Assembly: GCA_964455625.1 (NCBI GenBank)
Contig: CAYVXZ010000004.1
Location: forward strand, 77,207-141,206
DNA: 64,000 bases
From: an uncultured Planctomycetales bacterium
GTDB taxonomy: Bacteria; Planctomycetota; SBBH01
Direction: 5' to 3'
The translations under genes and the position numbers were made by a program. Of the stretch, positions 18,760 to 28,420 are shown in pieces; the stretch's first letter is position 1, and every line of letters begins with the position of its first letter. The notes under the pieces are model-generated. The model ran no database searches. It saw nothing but the letters and a program-made list of their open reading frames with translations, and was not told where the DNA came from.

Positions 18760-21117
18760 CTAGAAAAAACCCGTGAAGAGGAAGCTGAACACCTGGCGGC
18801 GGTCGTCGTCCTCCTTTTCCATCGGCCAGGCGAAATCGAGCTGGATCGGGGTCGGCGCGAATCCGGGGATCCGGATCCGGAGCCCCACGCCCCAGGCCGA
18901 CCGGAACTCGTTCGTCCAGTGCTCCGAGATGCGGCGCGCCACGACGCCGCGGTCGACGAAGAGCGCCCCTCGCAGGATGTCCTCCTCGGCCAGGACCGGA
19001 AAGGAATACTCGACGTTCGTCAGCATGCGGAAGTCGCCGCCCACCTCCTCGCCCCCCTCGCGCGGCGAGATGCTGCGGAAGTCGAACCCCCGGATCGTGG
19101 AGGAGCCGCCGGCGAAGAAACGCTCGAAGATGGGGGTCCGCTCGGTATGGGAATATGCCTCGACCCAGCCGCCCGAGGCCCGGGCAGACAGGACATGCCG
19201 GCGCTCGAAACGGTCCTCGTGGATCGGAACATGCCCGGTCCACTCGGACAGGACCTTCTGGAAGTCGACGCCGCCCAGGCGCCCGCCCGCCACCTCGTAG
19301 GACAGCTCGTAGCGCGTCCCTTCCGTGGGGACGAACGGGTTGTCGCGCCGGTCGAGCGTGAAGAACGGGATGAGGCTGTTCACCCGCGTCGTCCCGCGCG
19401 CGTCCCGGACGCTTTGGGGCGCCTCCGGCTCGATGTCACTGATCGTGATCCGCTCCGGCTTACCGGTCAGGCCGACCGTCAGCTGCTGCGTGACGCGTTC
19501 GGAAAGCCGGCGCGTGTACCGCTTGCTGAACGTCATCGAGCCGCCCCGACGCTCCTCGGTGTAGAGGTCGAACAGCCGCCGGCGCAGGTAGAGGTCGAAG
19601 CCGAAACCGACCGGATGGTTGAAGAACCACGGCTCGTAGAACGAGAGCTCGTACTGGCTGCGGCGCGTCCCGGGCTCCAGGCGCAGCGAGAGGTCCTGCC
19701 CGCCCCCCCGCGCGAACGGGAAGTCCGCCAGGCGCAGGAGGTCGAAGTTGCGCTGACGGTAGATGAAGCTCGCGAAGACGGCGTCGTCGGAGGTGATCCC
19801 GCCGCCCACGGAGACGTTCCCCGTCTTCCCCTCGGCGACATCGACGACGACGTCCTTCCTGGCGGGGTCCTCCGTGTCCTGGACGTGCGGGGCGACGCTT
19901 CCGGGCTCGAAGAAATTGAGGAACCCCAGGCGCTGGGCGCCGTCGCGGACATACCCCCACTTCAGGAGCCCCCCCGGCGCCACGTCGTAGAACTCGCGCC
20001 GGAGCACCTTGTCGCGCGTCACGTCGTTCCCCCGGAAGTCGAGGTGGCGCAGGTAGACCGCCTCGTTCGACTCGACGACGATCGTCAGGGAGACGCGGCG
20101 CCTCTCGATGTCGAAGACGGGCTGCGCCCGGACGGAAGCCCGGAAATACCCCTCGTTCCAGAAGGCGGTCCGGATCTTCTCGACGTCGGATTCCACCTGG
20201 CGCGGGACGTACGCCTGGCCGACCGAGCTTTTCACCTTCTCCCGCAGCGTCGCCTCGGGGATCACCGCCCCTTTCTGCTCGATCACGAAAGAATCGAGAA
20301 GATATTGCTCCCCCTCGGTGATCCGGGCCGTGAGCCGGATCTTCTTCCCGTCGGGCGAGATGTCGGTCGTCCCGGCCACGGTCGCGTCGAGCCACCCTTC
20401 CGCCTGGTAAAAGCGCTCGATCCGCTTCAGGTCCGCCTCCCAGGCGTCGGCGTCGTACTTCCCGCCGAAGAAGAACAGGAAGCGCGGCCGCGTCTCGACG
20501 GGCGCCCGCTTCTTGATCCGCCCGTTGGAGAGGCTCTCGTTCCCCTCGTAGCGCACCGATACGACGCGCCCCTTGACGCCGGTCTCGACGCGGAAGGTCA
20601 CGACGAGCCCCCGCGCGGAGGAGGCGATCTCCTCGGCGACGGTCGCCTTGTAGTAGCGCCGGTCGACGAGCTCGGCGAGGATCCGGCGCTTCACCTCGGC
20701 GATGTCGGTCCGGTAGACGAATTTCCCGCTCGTCAGGCCCGACTCCTCCATGACGTCCTTCCAGACCTTCTCGGGGCACCCGACGTGGCGCGCGGCGTCG
20801 AGAACGGCGTTCTCCGTCACGTGGAGCGTCAGGCGCACCCCTTCCGGCTCCTCGACCACCTCGCGCCGGACCTGCGTGACCCCGGCGGCGTACAGGTCCT
20901 TCACCGCGGTGTCGAGATCCGCCTCCCGGAAGGGGACGCCGGGAACGAGGCGCACGCGACCCGCGAGATACGCGTCGGTGAGAAGCTCGTTTCCCTCGAA
21001 TGCGATCGACAGGACCGGACGCCCCTCGGGCTCGGCGCGGGCAGACCCGGCCGCGAGAAACAGGCCTGCAGCAACCAGGAAAGCCGGAACCGGTCCCGTG
21101 GAAATCCGCGCCGACAT
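18760..21117 (-). CDS. bamA: Outer-membrane protein assembly factor BamA
   Basis: Signal peptide, POTRA repeats (FEGNE, FRGNDVTRDKVLRRE), ERFFAGGSSTIRGF L6 motif, C-terminal Phe; 785 aa. Confidence 0.95.
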   Translation of the reverse strand: MSARISTGPVPAFLVAAGLFLAAGSARAEPEGRPVLSIAFEGNELLTDAYLAGRVRLVPGVPFREADLDTAVKDLYAAGVTQVRREVVEEPEGVRLTLHVTENAVLDAARHVGCPEKVWKDVMEESGLTSGKFVYRTDIAEVKRRILAELVDRRYYKATVAEEIASSARGLVVTFRVETGVKGRVVSVRYEGNESLSNGRIKKRAPVETRPRFLFFFGGKYDADAWEADLKRIERFYQAEGWLDATVAGTTDISPDGKKIRLTARITEGEQYLLDSFVIEQKGAVIPEATLREKVKSSVGQAYVPRQVESDVEKIRTAFWNEGYFRASVRAQPVFDIERRRVSLTIVVESNEAVYLRHLDFRGNDVTRDKVLRREFYDVAPGGLLKWGYVRDGAQRLGFLNFFEPGSVAPHVQDTEDPARKDVVVDVAEGKTGNVSVGGGITSDDAVFASFIYRQRNFDLLRLADFPFARGGGQDLSLRLEPGTRRSQYELSFYEPWFFNHPVGFGFDLYLRRRLFDLYTEERRGGSMTFSKRYTRRLSERVTQQLTVGLTGKPERITISDIEPEAPQSVRDARGTTRVNSLIPFFTLDRRDNPFVPTEGTRYELSYEVAGGRLGGVDFQKVLSEWTGHVPIHEDRFERRHVLSARASGGWVEAYSHTERTPIFERFFAGGSSTIRGFDFRSISPREGGEEVGGDFRMLTNVEYSFPVLAEEDILRGALFVDRGVVARRISEHWTNEFRSAWGVGLRIRIPGFAPTPIQLDFAWPMEKEDDDRRQVFSFLFTGFF

Positions 21118-21149
21118 GAAGCCGGTGATCCTAAACGGTCCGGCAGGAC

Positions 21150-22508
21150 CTAAAAGGGATTTTCCTGCTTTGCCGCGAGATTCTCGAACTTCATGAACTG
21201 CTTGAGGAAGGCGAGCTGGACGGTCCCGACGGGGCCGTTCCGCTGCTTGGCGATGTCGACCTCGACGACCCCGGGGGCCTTCTCGCGGTCGTAGTAGTCC
21301 TCCCGGTTGAGGAACATGACGACGTCGGCATCCTGCTCGATGGAGCCGGACTCGCGCAGGTCCGAGAGGCGCGGCCGGTGCCCCTCCCGCTCCTCGGCGG
21401 TGCGCCGCAGCTGCGAGAGCGCCACGACCGGCAGCGAGAGCTCGCGCGCCATGATCTTGAGACTGCGCGTCACCTCGCTGATCTCCTGCTGGCGGTTCTC
21501 GGAGCGCGAGCGAGCGCCTCCTTCCAGCATCTGGAGGTAGTCCACCATCACCAGCTTGACGTCGTGGCGGTGCTTGATGTAGCGGGCCTTGGCCCGCAGC
21601 TGCGTGATGGACAAGGACGGCGTGTCGTCGATGAAGATCTTCGACTCGGCCACCTTGCCGGCCGCGAGCGAGAGCTGCGTGAAGTCCGCGTCCCCCAGGC
21701 GCCCCTGGCGCAGCTTGTGGGCATCCACGCGCGCGTGCATGCAGAGGAGGTTCTCCGCGATCTGGCCCTGGTTCATCTCGAGGCTGAAGATGAGGACCGG
21801 GCTCGCCTGGCGCACGGCGACGTTCTCGATCATGTTCAGGGCGAAGGTGGTCTTCCCGATGCTGGGCCGGCCCGCCACGATCACGAGCTGGTCCTCCTGC
21901 AGGCCGTTCAGGAGCTCGTCCAGGGCGTAGTACCCCGTCGAGAGCCCCATGAGGCGGCTGCCGCGCGTCTGCGTCTTCTCGATCTTGGCGAAGACGTCCT
22001 GGAGGATGTCCTTGATGGCGACCGTCGACTCGGCGCGGCGGTCCTTGGAGATCTCGAAGATCTGCCGTTCGGCCAGATCCAGCAGGTCGTGCGGGTCCTC
22101 GGCGTCCTTGGCGACCTCCGCGAGGATCGTACGGGCCGCCTGCTGGAGCCGGCGCATGACCCAGCGGTCCTTCACGATCTGCGCGTGGGCCTTGGCGTGG
22201 GCCGAGGTGTGCGCCCCCTCGGCGAGCGACACGAGCCACTCCGCCCCCCCGACCTCCTCCAGGGACCCCTGGCGGGCGAGCTCGTCCTTCAGGGTGACGA
22301 AGTCGATGGGCTGCCGCTTCTCGAAGAGGCCCGTCATCGCCCGGAAGACCGTCTGGTGCGTGGGGCGGTAGAAGCAGTCGGCGTCCACCAGCGGCAGGAT
22401 GTCGACCAGCGACTCGTTGTTGACGAGGACGGCGCCGAGGACGCTCGTCTCGGCCTCGATGTCGTGCGGGGGAACGAGCCCGGACGCAGCCTCCGTCGTC
22501 CGGTCCAT
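21150..22508 (-). CDS. dnaB: Replicative DNA helicase
   Basis: PPHDIEAETSVLG, Walker A AGRPSIGKT, FSLEM, MVDYLQM, ALSQL, LRESGSIEQDAD, KQRNGP. Confidence 0.98.
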   Translation of the reverse strand: MDRTTEAASGLVPPHDIEAETSVLGAVLVNNESLVDILPLVDADCFYRPTHQTVFRAMTGLFEKRQPIDFVTLKDELARQGSLEEVGGAEWLVSLAEGAHTSAHAKAHAQIVKDRWVMRRLQQAARTILAEVAKDAEDPHDLLDLAERQIFEISKDRRAESTVAIKDILQDVFAKIEKTQTRGSRLMGLSTGYYALDELLNGLQEDQLVIVAGRPSIGKTTFALNMIENVAVRQASPVLIFSLEMNQGQIAENLLCMHARVDAHKLRQGRLGDADFTQLSLAAGKVAESKIFIDDTPSLSITQLRAKARYIKHRHDVKLVMVDYLQMLEGGARSRSENRQQEISEVTRSLKIMARELSLPVVALSQLRRTAEEREGHRPRLSDLRESGSIEQDADVVMFLNREDYYDREKAPGVVEVDIAKQRNGPVGTVQLAFLKQFMKFENLAAKQENPF

Positions 22509-22510
22509 AA

Positions 22511-22863
22511 GAGCCTATCCGGAAACCTGGATCTCGGCGCGGCGCGAGAGATTGCGGCCGATGGCAAGGCGCGGCGAGGAGGCAACCCTGGAAGAACGGG
22601 TTTCCGACGAGCCGCAACGCCGCCACGCGGCCGCAAGATCCGCGCCCCGCGGGGTTGCGAGTGCGGCCCGCGCCACAACTTCCTCCCCGTCAATGACATG
22701 CTTCCTTTTCACTCTCGCGCCCCTCCGGGTTGCGGCGGGGCATGCCCGCCTGCTTCGTCGCTCCTCTTCACCGTATCTCCCCTCGATACGCCTCATCGTC
22801 GCTCCTCGCATCCGGGCACGCCGCGCTCGCAACGCGCCAGAGCCCAGGTTTCCGGATAGGCTC
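22511..22863. mobile_element. MITE (non-autonomous IS5/PIF-like miniature element), 353 bp
   Basis: Perfect 20-bp terminal inverted repeats GAGCCTATCCGGAAACCTGG (22511-22530) and CCAGGTTTCCGGATAGGCTC (22844-22863), flanked by the direct repeat TAA (22508-22510 and 22864-22866). No transposase ORF. Confidence 0.88.
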
Positions 22864-22868
22864 TAAGG

Positions 22869-23321
22869 CTACTTCTCGACGATCCAGACCTTGATGGGGG
22901 CGGAGATCTCCGCGTGGAGCTTCAGGGTCACCGCGTGCGTCCCCGCCTCCTTGAGGGGCTCGGGAAGCTGGACGGTCTCGGCGCCCACGACGATCCCCTC
23001 GGCGGCGAGGGCCTTGACGATCTCCTTGGCCGTGACGGAGCCGAAAAGCTTGCCATCGGGGCCGGCCGCGGCCGTGAGGGTGACGGAGACATCGACGAGC
23101 TTCTTCGCGAGAGCCTCCGCCTCGGCGCGCCGCTTCTCGGCGCCCCTCTTGCGGCGGGCCTCGAACCCCTTCTGGCGGCTCACGATGTCGTCGGTGGCGA
23201 TGACGGCGAGCTTCCGGGGAAGCAGGTAGTTCCGGGAGAGCCCCGCGGAGACCTCGACGATCTCCCCGTCGCTCCCCACGTGGGCGACATCGCTTTTCAG
23301 GAGCAGACGTTCCTTCCCCAT
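22869..23321 (-). CDS. rplI: 50S ribosomal protein L9
   Basis: VSAGLSRNYLLPRKLA, GKLFGSVT; conserved rpsF-ssb-rpsR-rplI-dnaB order. Confidence 0.97.
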   Translation of the reverse strand: MGKERLLLKSDVAHVGSDGEIVEVSAGLSRNYLLPRKLAVIATDDIVSRQKGFEARRKRGAEKRRAEAEALAKKLVDVSVTLTAAAGPDGKLFGSVTAKEIVKALAAEGIVVGAETVQLPEPLKEAGTHAVTLKLHAEISAPIKVWIVEK

Positions 23322-23346
23322 CGGTTCCCCCTCCGGAAGGCCGGCG

Positions 23347-23601
23347 CTAGCCGGCGTACGGGACGAGCGCCACGAAACGCGCGCGCTTGACGGCCTGCTG
23401 CAGAGAGCGCTGATGGGCCGTGCAGACGCCGGAGCGCCGGCGCGAGTGGATCTTCCCCTGCGCGCTCACGAGTCGCGCCATGGCGGAGAAATCCTTGTAG
23501 TCGATGTCCCCCATGCGATCGCGGCAGAACCGGCACCGCGTCGCTCCGTCCCTCGATTTCTTCTCCGCCGTTGCCGGCGCCGTCGTTGTCGTTTCGGTCA
23601 T
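23347..23601 (-). CDS. rpsR: 30S ribosomal protein S18 (zinc-binding type)
   Basis: CRFC, IDYKD, GKIHSRRRSGVCTAHQR, VKRAR. Confidence 0.97.
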   Translation of the reverse strand: MTETTTTAPATAEKKSRDGATRCRFCRDRMGDIDYKDFSAMARLVSAQGKIHSRRRSGVCTAHQRSLQQAVKRARFVALVPYAG

Positions 23602-23619
23602 GTCTGGATCTCCCCGGTC

Positions 23620-24057
23620 CTAGAACGGGATGTCGTCGGAACCCGCCTCGGCCGCCTTCTCGGCGGGCTCGGCCGGGGCGGAAGCCCCCGCCTCGGCGCC
23701 CTTCTTCTCGCCCCTGGCGCCGCCCGGGGCGCTCCCGATGAACTGGACGTCCTCGGCGACCACCTTCAGCTTGCTGCGCTTCTGGCCGTCCTGGGTCTCC
23801 CAGCTGTCGAGTTCCAGGCGCCCCTCCACGATCACCTGCCGCCCCTTGGAGAGGTACTCCGCGCAGATCTCGGCCTTCTTGGCCCAGACGGTGATGTCGA
23901 CGAACGTGACGGATTCCTTCTTCTCCCCTTCGGCTGTCTTGTAGGCACGGCTCACCGCGAGGCCGAAATCGGCCACCGCCGTGCCGCTCGGGGTGTAGCG
24001 GAGCTCCGGATCCCGCGTCAGACGCCCCAGAAGGAGGACCTTGTTCAGGCTTCCCAT
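23620..24057 (-). CDS. ssb: Single-stranded DNA-binding protein
   Basis: LNKVLLLGRLTRDPELRYTPSG, KGRQVIVEGRL, C-terminal DDIPF. Confidence 0.98.
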   Translation of the reverse strand: MGSLNKVLLLGRLTRDPELRYTPSGTAVADFGLAVSRAYKTAEGEKKESVTFVDITVWAKKAEICAEYLSKGRQVIVEGRLELDSWETQDGQKRSKLKVVAEDVQFIGSAPGGARGEKKGAEAGASAPAEPAEKAAEAGSDDIPF

Positions 24058-24060
24058 GGC

Positions 24061-24456
24061 CTAATGCGGCGCGCCGGCCGCCGCCTCGCGGTCCGGCCGG
24101 AACATCCCCTCGGGCTTGAACATCCCGACGCGGTCCCCTTCCTCGGGCGGCGTGGGAATCTTGGCGTCCTTCCCGAGCGGATTGTCCAGGATCAGGAGGC
24201 GCAGGTACGCCTCCCGCTTCATGCCGATCTCCTTCTCGATCGGGGCGACCGCCGAGGTCGGCGCCTGGAAAAAGACCAGGTAGTAGGTGCCGCGCTTGCG
24301 GCGGGCGATCGGATAGGCGAGCCGCCGCTCCGTCCACTTGTCGGCCTTGAGGATCTTCCCGCCGTGGCGCTCGATGAGCTGGCGGATCTCCTCCTGGAAG
24401 GCCTCCAGGGGCTTCGCTCCGGTGTCCAGCACGAACATCGCCTCGTAATTCTTCAT
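24061..24456 (-). CDS. rpsF: 30S ribosomal protein S6
   Basis: YEAMFVL, KWTERRLAYPI, GTYYL, LRLLI. Confidence 0.96.
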   Translation of the reverse strand: MKNYEAMFVLDTGAKPLEAFQEEIRQLIERHGGKILKADKWTERRLAYPIARRKRGTYYLVFFQAPTSAVAPIEKEIGMKREAYLRLLILDNPLGKDAKIPTPPEEGDRVGMFKPEGMFRPDREAAAGAPH

Positions 24457-24503
24457 AGGGAACGGGGAATGCTAGCGGGACGACGGGGGCGCGTCAACCG
24501 GAT

Positions 24504-26300
24504 TCAGCGGGTCCAGCGCAGGGGGACGGGCGGGCCGTCGACGATGAACACCTCCATCCCCCCCGCCTCGTCGCGCGTGAACGGGCGCCCGTCCGCGGCC
24601 AGGTGCGCGCGGAACGCCTCCGAACGCTCCCGGTCCGGGGACTCCGGCTGGGCGTGGAAGACCCAGGCGTGCCGCGGGAGCGCCGCCAGGCGAGGCGCGA
24701 TTCCGGGGATCCGGTCGCGGTAGTCGAACGGCGCGAAGACGGCCTCCTCGCGGCTCATGTAGGTGAGCGCGTTCGCCATGTCGTACTCGGCGTACCCTCC
24801 CGCGACGCCATGCGACCGCAGGCAGGCGAGGACGGCCTCCTGCTTCGCCGTGTCGAACGGCCGGCGCGAGAGCGTCTCGCGGACCGCCGACCAACCGGAG
24901 GCCCCCGCCAGGAGCGCCGCCGCGAGGACCGCCCCGGCGCGCGGTCTCCGGCGGATCGCCGCGCCGGCGGCAATGGCGAGAACCGGCCAGAGATAGGCCC
25001 AGTACCGGATCGGCATGTCGGGCCCCCCCCGGACCAGGTTCAGAAGCGGCAGGACGAGCGCGACCGACAGGAACGCCGCACGCCGGTCTTCCGGACCGGC
25101 CAGTGCGAAGAGCCCGGCGATCCCGCGGACGCGCGGCGCGAGGGAGCGGACGGCGATCCAGGCGATGGCCGCGACCCCGGCGGCGATCCAGGCCGTCCGC
25201 GCCGCGTCCGTCAGGCCTCTCCCCGGGACGATCCCCAGGAAACCCGGGAGGATCTCGTCCAGCAGGACGGCCCCGTGCGCGGCCCAGTCCGCGCCCTGCG
25301 CGAGCTTGAACCGGAGATGGATCGTGTCAGGAGGCTCGCCGGAGAGCCGCCAGGTCTCCGCGATCCACGCGCACTTCCCGAGGACCACGCCCGCAGCCAG
25401 GGACACGATCCCCCGCGTCACCGGGAACGTCCCGCGGCGCCACGCGAGGATCCCGGCCACCGCCCCCGACAGGACGACGTTCCAGAAGGCGACCTTCGCA
25501 CCAGTGGACAGGCCGATCTCGCGCCCCATGAGCGAGAAATCCCCGCCGCCTGTCGCGAGGATCCAGGCGAGGATCGCGAGCGTCGCGAGGTTCGCGGCCT
25601 GGAGCGCGCCGGCGAGGATCCGCCAGGGGCGCTCCACGCCCGCCGCCCGGTGCGGCAACAGGAGATCGCGCCAGGGAAGGGTCGCCGAGCCGATGCCGCG
25701 CGGATGCCGCATCCAGACGAGTCCCACCGGAAGGAGGAACGGCAGGATCATCGGGTAGACCCACCAGGAGACGCCCGCCAGGAGCGAGAACCCCGCGTAA
25801 TGGAGGGGCCGGGCCCGGCCGAGCCGCTCGAGCGTCCGCAGGCGGAGGAACGCGAGCCACGCGAGAAGCGCGCAGAAGAGCCCTTCGGCGTACCCGCCGA
25901 TCGCGATCGCCATGAGATGCGCGAAGAACGGGGGCGCCAGGACCAGCATCCAGGCAGCCGCGGCCCCCGCCGCCGCCCCGAAGAGGCGCCGCCCCAGGAG
26001 CCCCAGGAGGACGACCGACCCGACCGATGTCGTCCAGGGAAGGATCCGGAACGTGACGTCCGACACGCCGAAAAGACGCCAGAAAAGACCGGCGGCCCAC
26101 GCCTCGACGCTCGAGAGATAGTCGACCCCGTAGAGAAACAGGGGGGCGTCCTCCCCCCGCGCGATCCGGAGCGCCATGACGGCGTTCACCGCCTCGTCGC
26201 CCCGCACCGGGGTCCCCAGCACGAGCGCATAGAACCCCTTGGAGACGGCGGCGGCGGCCGCCGCCGCCAGGACCAGGAGCCAGAACACGGGGCGTCGCAT
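24504..26300 (-). CDS. GT-C/ArnT-like polytopic membrane glycosyltransferase (putative)
   Basis: N-terminal TM followed by the acidic motif RGDEAVNAVMA, PLFLYG, many TM segments, periplasmic C-terminal domain. Confidence 0.65.
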   Translation of the reverse strand: MRRPVFWLLVLAAAAAAAVSKGFYALVLGTPVRGDEAVNAVMALRIARGEDAPLFLYGVDYLSSVEAWAAGLFWRLFGVSDVTFRILPWTTSVGSVVLLGLLGRRLFGAAAGAAAAWMLVLAPPFFAHLMAIAIGGYAEGLFCALLAWLAFLRLRTLERLGRARPLHYAGFSLLAGVSWWVYPMILPFLLPVGLVWMRHPRGIGSATLPWRDLLLPHRAAGVERPWRILAGALQAANLATLAILAWILATGGGDFSLMGREIGLSTGAKVAFWNVVLSGAVAGILAWRRGTFPVTRGIVSLAAGVVLGKCAWIAETWRLSGEPPDTIHLRFKLAQGADWAAHGAVLLDEILPGFLGIVPGRGLTDAARTAWIAAGVAAIAWIAVRSLAPRVRGIAGLFALAGPEDRRAAFLSVALVLPLLNLVRGGPDMPIRYWAYLWPVLAIAAGAAIRRRPRAGAVLAAALLAGASGWSAVRETLSRRPFDTAKQEAVLACLRSHGVAGGYAEYDMANALTYMSREEAVFAPFDYRDRIPGIAPRLAALPRHAWVFHAQPESPDRERSEAFRAHLAADGRPFTRDEAGGMEVFIVDGPPVPLRWTR

Positions 26301-26310
26301 GGAATCGCCG

Positions 26311-27066
26311 TCAGGAGGCCGGGCCCGGCCGCTTCCGGGCCACCACCTGGATCTCCTGGCAGAGCGCGGGGAACGTCCGTCCCAGGAACCGGTTCAGGTC
26401 GTACCACCAGCGACAATCCTCGAGAAAGCGGAGCGCACCGCCGGACAGGAGCCGGAATCCCCGCACGTCGAGGATCTCGAGGTCCGGTGACCCCCGCATC
26501 CCCGCCAGGAACGAGCGGCACGAGAAGCTCTGGATGTGGGCGACCGGCCACTTGAAGGCCCGGTACACCGGCAGGACGAGATTCTGCCGGATCCACGGGA
26601 CGAGCGGAAGGAAGACGGGGACCCCCACGACCATCACGCCCCCCGGCGCGAGGATCCGGTCGAGCTCCGAGAAGACGCGCCAGGGATCCCGCAGGTGCTC
26701 GAGCACCTGCTCGCACACGACGATGTCGAAAGACGCGGACCGGAACGGGAGCGACACGTGCGCGTCCCCCTCCACGAGGCTCCAGAGGTCCTGCCGGTAG
26801 ATGTTCTCGAGGCGCGACGCGGAGACGTCCAGCCCGAAGAAGCGCAGGCGCGCCACGTCGCCCAGGGATTCCACATACCGGAGCGTGCGCCCCTTCCCGG
26901 AGCCGATCTCGACCAGGCGGAGCGTCCCGCCGCCGGGACGCGACGCCAGGTGCCGGTGGATCGACTCGGCGAGTCCCACGTAGCGGGCCAGCCGCAGGCG
27001 GTACGCGTAGTCGGCGGGCTCGACCCCGAAAGCGAGCTTCCGCTGCGGGGCGGGCCTACCGGTCAC
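26311..27066 (-). CDS. Class I SAM-dependent methyltransferase
   Basis: LVEIGSGKG motif I, GLDVS, LPFRSASFDIVVCEQVLEHL, LAPGG. GTG start. Confidence 0.9.
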   Translation of the reverse strand: MTGRPAPQRKLAFGVEPADYAYRLRLARYVGLAESIHRHLASRPGGGTLRLVEIGSGKGRTLRYVESLGDVARLRFFGLDVSASRLENIYRQDLWSLVEGDAHVSLPFRSASFDIVVCEQVLEHLRDPWRVFSELDRILAPGGVMVVGVPVFLPLVPWIRQNLVLPVYRAFKWPVAHIQSFSCRSFLAGMRGSPDLEILDVRGFRLLSGGALRFLEDCRWWYDLNRFLGRTFPALCQEIQVVARKRPGPAS

Positions 27067-28384
27067 CGGCCATCCTCCCTTTCGCCCAGGCGAGCGCCTC
27101 TTCCCGCGTGCGGATCTTCCCCTCCAGCTGCTCGTCGAGCGCGGACTCCAGGATCTCCTTGAACGCCGGGGACGGGGCCAGGCCCAGGGCGATGAGGTCG
27201 TTCCCCGTGAGGAGGGGCGCCGGCCGCGCGGGCTCGCGGGCGTACTCGGCGAGGCGCGCCTTGCAGAAGGCATGGAGCTCCAGGTTCCCGTGGGACGCCA
27301 TGCAGTCGGCGTAGTGCATGTCCAGCGCCTCGGGAAAGCCGGGCTCGGTCAGGAACCGGCGGACCTTCGCCGGGCGCATCTGCGGAAGGTCCTTGAAGTA
27401 GAGATGGGTCCGCACGAGCCAGACGATCCGGTCGGTGGAGGCGTTCGAGAGCCGGAACCGCCGGCAGACCGCCTCGGCCATCCGCGCCCCCAGGACGTCG
27501 TGCCCGTCGAACCGGATCCGGTCCGGCGCGCGCTTGAACGTGCGGGGCTTGGCGATGTCGTGCAGGAGCGCCCCCCAGGCGAGCTCGCGCGAAGGGGCCG
27601 CGGGGAGGTGGTCGAACAGCATCAGCGTGTGGATCCAGACGTCCCCCTCCGGGTGGTACTGGACCGGCTGCTCCACCCCCTTGAGTTTCGTCATCTCCGG
27701 CAGGATCGGGTCCATGAGTCCCAGGTCGTCCAGGGTCTCGAGTCCCTTGCGGGGATGGGGGCTCGTCAGGATCCGCCCGATCTCCTCGGCGATCCGCTCC
27801 CACGAGACGGACGTGATGGCGGGGGCCGCCTCGCGGACCGCGCGCGCGGTGGCCGGCTCGATCGCGAACCCCAGCTCCGCCGAGAAGCGGACGGCCCGGA
27901 GCATCCGGAGCCGGTCCTCCTCGAAGCGGCGCGCCGGATCCCCGATCGCGCGCAGCGTCCGCGCGGCCAGATCCGCGCGCCCGCCCACGTAATCGACCAC
28001 CTCCCCCGTCTCGGGATCCTCGAGGAGGCCGTTCACGGTGAAATCGCGCCGCAGGACGTCCCCTTTGGCGTCCGTGAACCGGACGGCGTCGGGACGGCGC
28101 CCGTCGGCGTGCCCCACGTCCTCCCGGAAGGTGGCGACCTCCACCGGCTCGCCGCCGTCGAGGACCACCACCACCCCGAAGCGCGCCCCCACCGCGACGG
28201 TCCGCCGGAAGAGCCGCTGGACGGCGTCCGGGTCGGCATCGGTGGCGACATCGTAATCCTGGGGCGTGCGCCCCAGCAGGGCGTCCCGGACGCATCCGCC
28301 GGCAAAAAACGCCTGGAACCCCGATGCCCGAAGGGCGCGCGCGACGTGCAGGGCGGACGAGCGGGCCGGGCCTGAATCCTGCAT
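27056..28384 (-). CDS. cca: CCA tRNA nucleotidyltransferase / poly(A) polymerase family with HD domain
   Basis: GGCVRD, DYDVAT, RRDFTVN, EDRLRMLRAVRF, HPEGDV, LLHDIAKP. Confidence 0.93.
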   Translation of the reverse strand: MQDSGPARSSALHVARALRASGFQAFFAGGCVRDALLGRTPQDYDVATDADPDAVQRLFRRTVAVGARFGVVVVLDGGEPVEVATFREDVGHADGRRPDAVRFTDAKGDVLRRDFTVNGLLEDPETGEVVDYVGGRADLAARTLRAIGDPARRFEEDRLRMLRAVRFSAELGFAIEPATARAVREAAPAITSVSWERIAEEIGRILTSPHPRKGLETLDDLGLMDPILPEMTKLKGVEQPVQYHPEGDVWIHTLMLFDHLPAAPSRELAWGALLHDIAKPRTFKRAPDRIRFDGHDVLGARMAEAVCRRFRLSNASTDRIVWLVRTHLYFKDLPQMRPAKVRRFLTEPGFPEALDMHYADCMASHGNLELHAFCKARLAEYAREPARPAPLLTGNDLIALGLAPSPAFKEILESALDEQLEGKIRTREEALAWAKGRMAGDR

Positions 28385-28420
28385 GGCGGCGCATGATAGG
28401 GTAAACTTCCGCCGCTCCCC

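Noticed and set aside
18760-22626. 1288-aa ORF suggesting a giant BamA fusion
   Set aside because: The N-terminal 500 aa are an alternate frame of dnaB. The real BamA begins at ATG 21117 with a signal peptide.
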